In this document: piece after piece, positions 22,501 to 27,251 of the stretch
How positions within the stretch are numbered: the first letter of the stretch is position 1
Layout of the letters: every line of letters starts with the position of its first letter
Source of the DNA: a virus
Lineage: Duplodnaviria; Caudoviricetes
Strand: one strand, 5' to 3'
IMG/VR virus record: IMGVR_UViG_3300047283_000054
Length of the DNA stretch: 64,000 nucleotides
Notes under the pieces: model-generated
Told to the model about the DNA's origin: nothing
Database searches by the model: none
The model's input: only the letters and a program-made list of their open reading frames with translations
Program-made: the position numbers and the translations under genes

Positions 22501-23339
22501 TCAATGTTACCAACATCGCTTAACAGTTGACCATTAATTTGATCAAACGGTGTAGTAGATACAACATCTACTAAATTGTTACCCGGGAAGTTATATTCGT
22601 CTTGTGCATTCTTATAAGGTACAGTGAATATTACAACACCTGCGGTTGCACCATTATTTTCAACACCCAATACATCACGTGTTTGCACATTTAGTTGTTG
22701 TGGATCGTATCCAGTAACACCTGGCTTACCTTGAATCCAAAATTCAGTAGGCTGATTTACAGTAAACGTGTATGTGCCACCACGAATCAATGTTAATGTG
22801 GGATTAGTTGTGCCTCCGGGGTTAACGTCACTTGATATATTATATCCGTTAGGTAAACTTCTAACTGTATAGTCTGTTGCGTTATAAACAATATCCGTAG
22901 AAATATTAACAGATGGTGCACCTGTTGGCAACCAATAATATTGATTGAAATTAATTATTTTATCTAAGTTAGTAAAGCTATCCCAAGAATAAAATTCACT
23001 GTTGAATAATCTATCATTGTTATCTGTTAATGCACCTTCTAATTTTAATGCATCTATAATACCAGGATAGCTAATAAAATCTTTTGCAGTATTTGTATTT
23101 GTTTTCGTGAATACAACGCCCGGGTCTAACTGATAATCTCTACGAACTTTTGTAGGTTCTACTACATAATTATCTTTAGCGTTAATACCATAACCAAATT
23201 TACTACCAATATATCCCTCAATCCTCATTGTATTGGGTTGGTCAACGATTTGATCCAGCGTTGCACCTAAAAATTGACTATTAGTAGGTGTTTGGAATAT
23301 CTCTGGTAAAAAATTTAGTGTTCTAATTCGTGCTGCCAT
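4563..23339 (-). CDS. giant (6258 aa) baseplate wedge/adhesin-like virion protein with FG-GAP-like and Asp-box beta-propellers and many repeated beta modules
   Basis: Uninterrupted 18.8-kb ORF directly downstream of gp6 (gp7-like position). FG-GAP-like repeats (FGSTIA, FGYSLA, FGYSLD), Asp-boxes (SSDGYVWT, SSDGYTWT, SSNGSDWT) and recurrent FGG(I/L)xxxxxYY(V/I) modules. Confidence 0.8.
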   Translation of the reverse strand: MAARIRTLNFLPEIFQTPTNSQFLGATLDQIVDQPNTMRIEGYIGSKFGYGINAKDNYVVEPTKVRRDYQLDPGVVFTKTNTNTAKDFISYPGIIDALKLEGALTDNNDRLFNSEFYSWDSFTNLDKIINFNQYYWLPTGAPSVNISTDIVYNATDYTVRSLPNGYNISSDVNPGGTTNPTLTLIRGGTYTFTVNQPTEFWIQGKPGVTGYDPQQLNVQTRDVLGVENNGATAGVVIFTVPYKNAQDEYNFPGNNLVDVVSTTPFDQINGQLLSDVGNIDGVTGLEGLTVMFYNTGVVDEQGFVSKFYDTTLYDEDGGAIYTPPGSSADFNNFEGGFYTDTSATFYTITYVGDPSDPVLRLVPASNIPTNEKITANYGTEWKARNFFRNTSGSINLVPYLSAILDTLYYQDGTSANKVGIIRLIESNSTNQIDITEILGQSQYTSPNGVVFTNGLKVSFSGDIFPTSYKDGEYYVEGVGTAIELINVADLITPEPFTEGAYTPFDSLPYDIGNYDSTLYIPVYQDYITIARNSIDKNAWSRSNRWFHIDVINATATYNNNPAIATIYATQDNKAKRPIIEFYPNLRLFNNGVIGKDPIDFFDDRTTDAFTLVAGQENYWPDVEVYTAYTAIIAGVTGTSTTITVPASDVTGTFQVGQYISDTTNVLPRNTQITTITGTTTLTLTVTWDTSTTIPATTGSSLVANDLSNDNYSLYDGARIVFSADINENVKNKIYVVRFSDIQGTGTPVITLTEASDGLVLPLECTFAFKGYNNEGKDFYFDGIDWLIAQQKTTVNQAPYFDIFDNDGISFGDTDVYVGTSFAGNKLFSYGIGSGIKDIVLGFPLRYSAVNNVGDISFDVPLNSETFNYVSGTTPITQKVNTGYVYNYTSGTTVVRQLGWQTAVAESRQYQIFSFNYVASEATTTYTCDIAAATNTVWPNIQVYVNNVLQDTSTYTFTITDNSTIVNFTVPNPLIDTVVEITLLSDQVSTTAYYQIPINLQNNPFNDDVSVVNVGDIRGQYQSIFYNNPNTTGDVFGSNNYRDLGNLVPWGNKIIQNSASLALPGSLLRSQNNNLINSLQYNSQQYINFRALLVYTIDRTAYNVYQSPATILDDALDQITQNKTESESFFWSDMLPSKAAYVTNTYTFANSLDTSIYPLTRIYDFDTANYYGVLVYLTTTVDNFTSTQQLITNQDYTVSTDTPSLTITKDLSPGDIVTIKEYNQTFGSYVPNTPTKLGLYPSFIPGVVLDSNYSQPTYFIQGHDGSYTKLYGEYINGNLVDFRDQALLEFETRVYNNLKLTDIVPITEYDVIPGFFRTTNYSYDEVLQIYSQYFLNWVGQNRVEYKKQFYQPNDQFSYNYTQSGNRINGQPIPQGFWRGIYEYFYDTSTPETTPWEMIGFTNQPTWWNDRYGAAPYTSDNLVLWGDMAAGINWNNGDPVVLPEFIREELLSVIPVDSSGNLLSPFDAVMGNYNFRTFKNEWAVGDVGPVEFSYRRSSSWPFDLMKILALTKPAQFFNLGFDVDNYKFSTEFNQYLVNNRSHLVISDVAIYGNGTPKTSYINWIVDYEKQVGINATQNITDLFDNLDVRLIYRLAGFSDKSLLGFYVEKGTPNSRNASLLIPDESYSVVLYDNIPITTLIYSGVVVQSTNAGWKVFGNSQDTAYFTTVTPKINGNYNKVTVGNLSVQLANDYVENKTNIVPYGTEFVDLQSLSQFIASYGTYLLTQGVLFDQIESGIDVNWRQMVTELLYWAQSGWETGSLVNLNPAANLITINKESHVVQPLTLQRQNFILNQNFYPIQSNELSVTRDSTFFSATPLNEGDTVAYGQFNISNFEHGIVFDNVTVFNDVLYNLTTGLRQTRILTRGTKSADWNGTIDAQGFILNQDNIEEWSPNQKYTRGSIVEYKNKYWFALKVLNAKDIFEEQYWKETDYNEIQKGLLPNSSTRSYESTLFYDTNKTNLDQDSDLLSWSLIGYRPRDYLALADLTDITQVNVYKNLIKEKGTRIAANSFKGLTLPQGGIDYDVYENWAIKTGEFGGVLNNNFVDFRLNQNQLTGNPSIVGLTTGVYTDGVEQEVPLYSVFNYGRPINNPNVLPTLPSDTPNRVFPDAGYPNFNDVKISSYYYNGLNTATTPLSQLYVNEYVWLADYNSTWQVYTPTSAGQVVGAINNLNGTVTLQFATPHNLAKYQPFAIVNFNSNIDGYRIVATVVDPFRVTILLSLSSALTTITGEGVAMKFSSQRVATPSDINNLPLLDSEFVKNKVWVDENDDGSWAVYRKSLNYVYEDELLKTNSLTYGSAVAQTSNLGYLITDADNGVAYRYSYSPVFDSYSIVQTITEDVSFGSTIAYTDNLFVISQPTGAAYTDRKVYIYDLVINNLVNELQEVQVIESPDDDSVTNWGSSIALSGDQNWLYISAYEQNLVYVYRKSALTTLYELSDTITVAGLSAGDNFGYSLATNYYGNIVAVSAPENDTVVADLGTAYTFERLVQTFEAPYNSSPFAPQTFSLIFTPATLTPEASSITSNAITLDDVTGLVVNMPVVFTGTVFGNVSLNQVYYIKTIVGSTVTLSLTRGGAVVTLLNSSGTMTLVAQVEPIFVSVNGTLIADNNYAIVGSTINVYQSLTAGDIITVSGSEFVLTQEFTSVDANPEVGTNFGYSLDVDTYANELLIGAPFEINSQNAEGAVYRYTYGGSSYGIVTGTTECNITSATTILVNGYAVAIPAGNATTTANAITSANITNVTASASNNILTIQVISVDLAFVNAKLTVSVLDADVLDQLGIQLYTQTQLINDPHSQGRTQFGSTIKFNSSGSFVVSAPASARYAETTFDASDDENYDNDTLFDNNTTQFIDSFVNAGAVYMYDYLPVYNENVNNSGAYVYAQSVNALNEDYGSQPYYGTALDFNNNSVIIGTPNFRPGYDNGQVVIYNNSTGEADWTVYRNSAPIVDTEAIQNVQLYSVSTNNTLDNLDYIDPLQGKLLGAVRENLDIVSNTDPANYNSPDATNKGSTVWGPGQLGKLWFDTSTTRFVNYHQSDDVVYNSKWWGRVFPGSDVKVYSWVTSDVEPIAYQGPGTPRSIDDYAIEYRLNSTGALVPVYYYWVRNTNLVFTQIGKTLSDTICESYVATPLSTGISYMAAIQPNVFGLYNCSSNINDTDTAMHIGFATGTNDDVSHSVYSLIRSNYADDFLPGIPGIGDTVVPESLYNRLLESFSGVNQTGAVVPDPFLPKPVQSGILVRPRQSFFYNRFKALENYLQFYNTVLAQYPLAETSSLKFLFTEGAINPSTVDNPNWPGAPELFYNTQDYWELINWWAPGYNDNTKSAMLVESYYDLAPINAQLGLIVTVNNNGDGLQETYVYDGIEWVRIGLQNGTIQFSSSLWDYAEARIGFGDNFFDTTPFDTFPSEETRSIIRAVNEELPSNLLLFRNKSLILMFNYIVSETIESQNYLPWLNKTSFIDVGHTIRELLPLEVFQSDNQEFLSGYLNEAKPYHVVIKDFLFKYTGTDVYEGEITDFDLPAQYNTQFQQYITPELVYANPSGINQYLPTDPIWQTQPYINWFNNQGLSITGVNDYPITLLLSYLTLNSTSMVVDNVFGFPTTGVILIGTEEIAYSSVDRAYSTLSGLTRGVNGTTITNHLPGEQIIIDLPPVLLLNGGRGYAEPPKVTAYIDTTIYPAPRRAAILQPVMNLDTILRIDVIDPGEGYQVLPEIRIDPSEIVTFANTDVDLLTNTITLQTQFVQTGDLIQYYVGTNTTAVGGLDDGQYYYLAVLENTPFYVVALYTSYANALQDHDRVVLTGTGTGSNNNIAVSARASCVSTSTPIRENIVTLRFDRTTYDSQVTEWAPDNFYGSFYAGLFNNSTRIASSAITLEQTQPPVDDILASAQGATFEIQDIANDQVLTWSSFIRQVGETVDAGPGVPDDEKRYFVRLTYDSTQPNASGSTIGFYVGMPVKFTGAVGPVITNNTTYYVADVINESDFSISTTVSGSVLPLTDYTVTAAGMSCYVGEVTNTAVVTIAYPGILDVTATELTTNFITTPTLPTGTAGTSGFYVGLPVYFVGNVFGGIIENETYYIITVIDSETFTISTTNDPLILTATNTTVTTNLVTVGSTLELSVNDPIIFTGTVFGGLVAGQIYYVASIFNGTQITLSTIINGPVTTLSTGTGSCTLTSQATALQLTTATGSMTMNVGLPVSPGQVTGQLFTFYPTVASVGTGVSGTNGNLVTRDTVASTSNGNYLYLRYLSGGLTNIYNNLPFVLSESIGGLTAGTTYYVVSNSALAVEVASSSSSTNEYTLASGTLTTGFYIGMPISFSGAVFGNVVALVTYFINSYDLGGDTFTITDTIGGSDLVLTTDNGQMTLTADNPYITLTDTLGDPAIGLTDEILETVFTQDPDTSSPPTFNVGKKLGGYTIDVVNQGSGYTFDNTITISGALLGGTSPLNDLVLTVNGIDVIVANANPNYDFLLPIESDGNVTSVIGSGTPAGIVRQYYLKVISATECEVYANPLLTVPVDGLVLETEYTLGDYVFLPEPFYFNQSIVKYNNQVWQCIISNNDNEFIIGKWELLNSGSRKLNELDRIIGYYDPTVNMPGVDLTQLIEGITYPNSTYLDNAFAPEDQYTLDTILQDQPFYPTSVDTVAISWNGTRYVGVINTPDYTASILSSDATSWTVNKIVNTPINATDIVYADSMFVVTCNNPTTPIYTSTDGIVFTTSAGGTGSLTVDSTSLSSVAYGNAIWIAVGENIVLSTDTFSWAQVDTFTNGLVNNLNSVAYVNIPSYVGFISVGNGQEIISGSTQGTNVIKISSDGYVWTTLPVVSYKGFNGVTSSSSTIVAVGDDGVIYTSLNGANWAGVNESNVISVNSSTNVINVGSTTGFAIDDEVRFTTSFDVISSSTSYYIVDIVSATQIQVSTTEGGSPITLSGVSPTSTTFMYIYPTGATLNDVLYANSLFMAVGNNGVIKTSSDGYTWTPETSGTTKDLNGITYNSDDGEWVVTGEDNVIITSSNGSDWTSSSVFSTNPTVYDVQGDAFTAGYGPEELVPGVVTDNLTMVVTTRPGTDWDAAIYGHVGYNVVSTEIVPDSGQTEFSFEGVVENPANMSLFDITTATNTSIRIYDFTVDWVNKVVTIGTALSVDHTLRLDLYEVGNGNQLVKANSQTIPFVDNESTGFVEMPLNCNYSANRFNGSGIIRPNTDPKSVNAIETDALDNGIVCESVDYFAVNAPITFQGAVFGGIVSDTTYWIKTISYITNKITVSASVSSGIAGPTFDVTSATGTMLVNIQSTNGLVWTDPVVVHNGTELVLGEQGIVSETKSGTNKVVVNSTDHYDVGDTVIFSDAIETGSFVSCGLTAHQQYYITSITGFEFTVSLTLGGPSVILADATGIALCITNDYAITIADVGTSAKMVFANQYDQTNDFVVLSVFGETAPIQYGYSLPEVELFNLNTAVTEFTLSNYVGGDNAKNAIVEYNGLRLVETSDYTIDFNTEILSLNFGTSAGDTVAVTSYNLTDRQYLHTTYGGTFSGSTTNSFYIGSTTHTPGYDAELIVGELIVGTEYVITDLGTTTQTDWNTIAGTSAIVYVVGDVITCADAGVGMGDGVVAIGWGETWSPGPDYLTLSSGDTNSLNINDAITFTGTVFGGIVANQTYYVVNIISSTEFAVSETPGGPAIQLTTDFGSMIGITNPPTVAPISGVDNLITAPITVGITSVSDTGNIVTCSSTTGFSTNQPIQFKSSSPSTPYGNVLCDGTVYFVSSVVNSFDFIISETPGGSEFEPGNDSGAILAEVGGNPAVSITTGVPHNLAENDIVRIDGTTGSIQLNNNTYYAKIISATQLALYNSPYDPTANAINDPVTVVSTWTGGGYVWLDKTFTITTTIATATTTSTNNITVDSSAELILGTPIIFTGSDLLGGLESEVTAGSFTEGNTYQINSQGTTDFTLIGALNNNVGTNFVATGVGTGTGIATAIYYVYDKPSATTFRVTAVRDGDVFALTNDTGSMNVSQWEQGNVDRLWVTVNGYRIPSSALRLNPDNNLSILSTVEPGDVVIITSMIPTSTPNEAVYLQNVNKTGIQSVYRANTLTRTWLTEILQDTDDTIYVEDVTKITETIIQNEVAPADIDGIISIGLEGDKQAICQVIVYNNDTTQTVDPANYYIAIEATAPILKITGGVTATNSLTITVILGNLIYVNGEQIGFTTVNFDTNTVTGLQRGANGTGEQTIIPKYSEVYGILSSNKLPTVYNVLTWNSYNYNLVDGDPLQISTTFSANFLNADVP

Positions 23340-23363
23340 TATAACTCTCTGGTTGTTATATAC

Positions 23364-26300
23364 TTATCTTATTTGTAATTGCACTGGTGTTAAAGCCGCA
23401 ATCACTACTACATCACTTGCAGTTGCACCATTAACAAAAATTTCATAAGGTGCTGATTTGATTTCATACAAATCTCCAAAGCTCATAGTTGGATCGTTTG
23501 GTACAAGTACAACCGAACTTACAAGGTCTCCTAGTTGTGCGTGTAAATATGCTCCTAATTCACTAAAATAAAATGTGTCACCAAAGCTCCAATTATTAAT
23601 ATTAAAATAACTATTCATTGCAGATAATACTGCACTACGTATTTCACTATCACTTGCGTTAGTTGATGGTGACTTGATTACCTTAACTGTTCCTTGCAAT
23701 TGTGCAGGAGCTTTTGTTCCAAATAAAGGAAGAAAGCGAACACTATTTGGTATGACACTATCTGTTAACATTTTATAATCATCTAAATTACCATATGCTT
23801 GTTGTAATTCATTAATGGTAGGGGTATCTGGTTTAGCTACTGTACCGGTAGTATCTTGTATCCAATTTGTGTAGGCTGTATAGTATGCCTGTGTTACCAA
23901 ATATAAATCAATAATATTTGTAGTAGCAGGATCAATACGTGTTGTATTGTTACTGTTATGTCTATATTGATATAATATTGCTTGTCTTCCAGGCTGCATG
24001 CTATATTGTGGTTGTTCAACTACAAGATAATAAGGTGTTGTTACACTTGTGTCTTGTACAGTAGTATAAAATACATTTTCACTGAATGCATAGAATACTT
24101 GACCTAATGGATATTCATATTTAATTACTTCGATGTTTGTTAATGTTGGGTACTGATATATTACATCACTGGTAGCAATTAATTGGTAGCGTGATAAATT
24201 AACAGCATCTTCAATTAATTCAAAGAATGTGTAGATACCTGTATTACTTGAACCAGTTACATAACCGGTTACTGTTTGGAAGAAGTCAGGGTCAACAACA
24301 ATTTCATTGTTGTTTATATCTATACTTGCTACTTCAACTTCAAAATCATTTACATAGCCATCGCTCTCAACAGTTTGTCCAATTACATTCATTTGCACTG
24401 GTCTTGATAATGGTGCATTACTATTTGGTTGTGTGTTTGAAGGTAATACTTTAACGTAGTCAGCTAATATTTTACCAGTAAATGGGTCATATACTAATTT
24501 ACCACTCTCATACCAGAAGCGTGTATCTGCGACACTACCAAAATAATATCTTAATGACTTATACTCAATTTGATATCTGTTATTACCAACACTGTTAAAG
24601 TTTACAAACCAACCTGTAGCATTATATGCATCAATACTCCAGCGGTCTTGCGTAATCAATAATGAGTTGTCAAATAACAAACTGAAACTCTGATTTAATT
24701 CCATTCTGATAACACATTCATTAATAACTGCTGTAGGAAGTGTGTTACCAAATGATGGTATAACCTGTGTGATAATTGCTCCAGTTGGAATATATCCGTT
24801 TAGTGTAACTGGACCTGAGCCGTTGCTGAAATTACCTTCACCGTTATTATAACCATCACCGATAACACTTAATACAGTAGTCCAAAAGTATGTAGTATCA
24901 CTTGCGCTTGCAATGCCATAAACTAATCGATTGTTATCATCAAAGTACGAACCAGTTGGTGCAGTAACTTTAATTAATGCACTCTTAGTCACATATTTCA
25001 TATTATGTGTATTGTATGTTCCAGTTGCGATAGGTGTGTTTGCTGAACCATCAATGTTATAAAAATAACCAGTGATGCTATTTGCATCAACTGTGCTGGT
25101 ATTCCAATAAACGGTACCATCTCCAGATGCGGTATTGATGTTATAGCGTGGATAATTTTGTAGATAATATTGTCTTGCTCTATTATCAGCTAACGCTAAT
25201 GCTAAGTTATCAGTTAAGAACTTAATAATATCGCCAGTGTTAGTTATGGTCAATAACAAATTACCGTTATCACTATTTTGATATAAACCACCGTCACTTG
25301 CAAATGAATTCGTGCTGGAGTATTTTCCTGTAGGATCAAGTAGGTCTAAGTTTTTAGACACGCCAATAGAACTGCGATTAATAGCGGCACTTTTAATAAT
25401 TGAACTGTATAATGTATATGGGAAATTTGTATAATCTTCACCATTAACCATTCTGTTCTGAGTATAATATCTTGCAGGAGCACGTAGTTTAATGTTTGCT
25501 AATGTTTCTCTGGCTTGCGCTGTTGAAGCTGGTGTTTGTAATGCTAATCCTATAGTGAGTGCTTCTGTTCGTCCTGCTCTGCTAATATACTGTATTGTTA
25601 CTTGAATCCCTTGCATTTCAGTTGGGTCGATTGTATATGTCAATGCATTACCTGCACGAACATATGCTCTAAATGATCCAACTGGTGCTTCGGAAAATAC
25701 TCCATCACCGAAAGTATAACTAACTTGGTCATTGAATCTGGAAACAACTGAGAATACTTTTTTATAACTAGTCTCTGTTTGTAAACTTGCATTTGCATAA
25801 ACGCTGTCTACTAGTCTCCACAATGTTCTACCACCATTGCTAGCATTAAGTTGATATAACCACGTATCTGTATTATTAACACCTTGAATGTCGATATCAA
25901 CTACTTGGTTACTAATCTGTTGAGCTAGATTAAAATCATAACTCTGTAATGTTCCTTGCTTAAAGTAAAAGAAGAAACCTGTATTTGGACTACCGTAACC
26001 TAATCTGTCGTTACGATACATCATATTCATTTTACCACTTGGGGCAGGTGGTATCTCATAGATATAATCCTGATCTAAACTTGTAGCACTCACTAATTCA
26101 AAATTCATATTGATAGTGTCTACGGTGCTAGTAAAAGGAACGATTGGTAAGTTAGCAGGAGGAATGTTAATACTGTATTCATCAGTCTTAACTCCTAGCA
26201 AATCAGCACTATTTCCAGGACGACCCACTCTTTGACTATTAATCAATGTACTATTGATAATTGTATTGAACTGTTCTAACCAATTAATATTTGCAGGGTC

Positions 26301-26735
26301 ATTCCAAAGAATAGTTTGATTGCTTAGATTAACACCATTAATGTCTGTGATATTTTCAGTTGTACTGATATTAGTTACTTTTAGATAACCCTGTCCTGCA
26401 ATGTTACGTTTAGGATTATAGCTAACTAAGTTGGCTAGTTTAACAACACTATCTCTACGTTCAGCAGTATCAATAAAGTTTTCACGTGTGTTTAAGTCGT
26501 TGCGGAAAGCTAGACCTTGTCCCATAAACGCAATAACGTCAAGCAATGCGATAAACTCACTTGATTCAATGTAATCGTTAAACGTTTCAGGATAGTACAC
26601 TCGCAGATAATCAATGAAACTCTTACGCAGGGTCTCATAATCGTAGCTTTTAAAGTCTGCTTCTCGGAAGGTTTGGTAGATGGCCTGCCAATTTTGCACA
26701 CCAAATATTGCTGATTGTCTTGAACTTGTAGCCAT
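23364..26735 (-). CDS. baseplate wedge subunit (T4 gp6-like)
   Basis: DF.SYD.ETLR, ESSEFIALLD, ENFIDTAERRDSV..LA.LVSY.P, FGDG and A.ET...IK..AP..YYTQNRMVNGEDY motifs. Confidence 0.9.
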   Translation of the reverse strand: MATSSRQSAIFGVQNWQAIYQTFREADFKSYDYETLRKSFIDYLRVYYPETFNDYIESSEFIALLDVIAFMGQGLAFRNDLNTRENFIDTAERRDSVVKLANLVSYNPKRNIAGQGYLKVTNISTTENITDINGVNLSNQTILWNDPANINWLEQFNTIINSTLINSQRVGRPGNSADLLGVKTDEYSINIPPANLPIVPFTSTVDTINMNFELVSATSLDQDYIYEIPPAPSGKMNMMYRNDRLGYGSPNTGFFFYFKQGTLQSYDFNLAQQISNQVVDIDIQGVNNTDTWLYQLNASNGGRTLWRLVDSVYANASLQTETSYKKVFSVVSRFNDQVSYTFGDGVFSEAPVGSFRAYVRAGNALTYTIDPTEMQGIQVTIQYISRAGRTEALTIGLALQTPASTAQARETLANIKLRAPARYYTQNRMVNGEDYTNFPYTLYSSIIKSAAINRSSIGVSKNLDLLDPTGKYSSTNSFASDGGLYQNSDNGNLLLTITNTGDIIKFLTDNLALALADNRARQYYLQNYPRYNINTASGDGTVYWNTSTVDANSITGYFYNIDGSANTPIATGTYNTHNMKYVTKSALIKVTAPTGSYFDDNNRLVYGIASASDTTYFWTTVLSVIGDGYNNGEGNFSNGSGPVTLNGYIPTGAIITQVIPSFGNTLPTAVINECVIRMELNQSFSLLFDNSLLITQDRWSIDAYNATGWFVNFNSVGNNRYQIEYKSLRYYFGSVADTRFWYESGKLVYDPFTGKILADYVKVLPSNTQPNSNAPLSRPVQMNVIGQTVESDGYVNDFEVEVASIDINNNEIVVDPDFFQTVTGYVTGSSNTGIYTFFELIEDAVNLSRYQLIATSDVIYQYPTLTNIEVIKYEYPLGQVFYAFSENVFYTTVQDTSVTTPYYLVVEQPQYSMQPGRQAILYQYRHNSNNTTRIDPATTNIIDLYLVTQAYYTAYTNWIQDTTGTVAKPDTPTINELQQAYGNLDDYKMLTDSVIPNSVRFLPLFGTKAPAQLQGTVKVIKSPSTNASDSEIRSAVLSAMNSYFNINNWSFGDTFYFSELGAYLHAQLGDLVSSVVLVPNDPTMSFGDLYEIKSAPYEIFVNGATASDVVVIAALTPVQLQIR

Positions 26736-26782
26736 AGTTATTCTCTTTTAAGTATTTATCTTAATGGAAAACCACGGTTTTG

Positions 26783-27232
26783 TTATTGAATCGTTGCTGT
26801 GTTAGTTAAATTATTGAAGAATACACTCAATATTTCAGCGTTATTGAAGGGTGCTATAGCTATTTCTACTTCAAGTAATATACCATTTTCTTGCGTATAA
26901 CTCTTAACAGTATTAACTATTAATCTAGGATCACTGTTTGCAATTCTGCGAATTTCAGTTTCAATTTTAAATTGAGTTTGTGCATCATTGGGTTCGAAAA
27001 CAAAGCTCCAAATAGTAGACCCGTATCCAGGATTACCAACTTTTTGACCCTGCTGGATGTTTAATGCATTTATAAAGTCTCTAACCACTAAAGCTTCATC
27101 TACTAAACGATACTTTTTACCCGGGATAGTTGGTTGTAATACACCACCCGTACCACCATCTATACCGGTACTAGCATTAGTTGTCTTTGGTTCATTTGCC
27201 CCAATTGTTGAAAATCCTATATATGTTGGCAT
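26783..27232 (-). CDS. baseplate wedge subunit (T4 gp25-like)
   Basis: LVVRD.INAL.I.QGQK...P.YGS.IW..VFEP and DPR signatures of the gp25/GPW family. Confidence 0.85.
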   Translation of the reverse strand: MPTYIGFSTIGANEPKTTNASTGIDGGTGGVLQPTIPGKKYRLVDEALVVRDFINALNIQQGQKVGNPGYGSTIWSFVFEPNDAQTQFKIETEIRRIANSDPRLIVNTVKSYTQENGILLEVEIAIAPFNNAEILSVFFNNLTNTATIQ

Positions 27233-27251
27233 TTTTTATCCTGTAATATAT

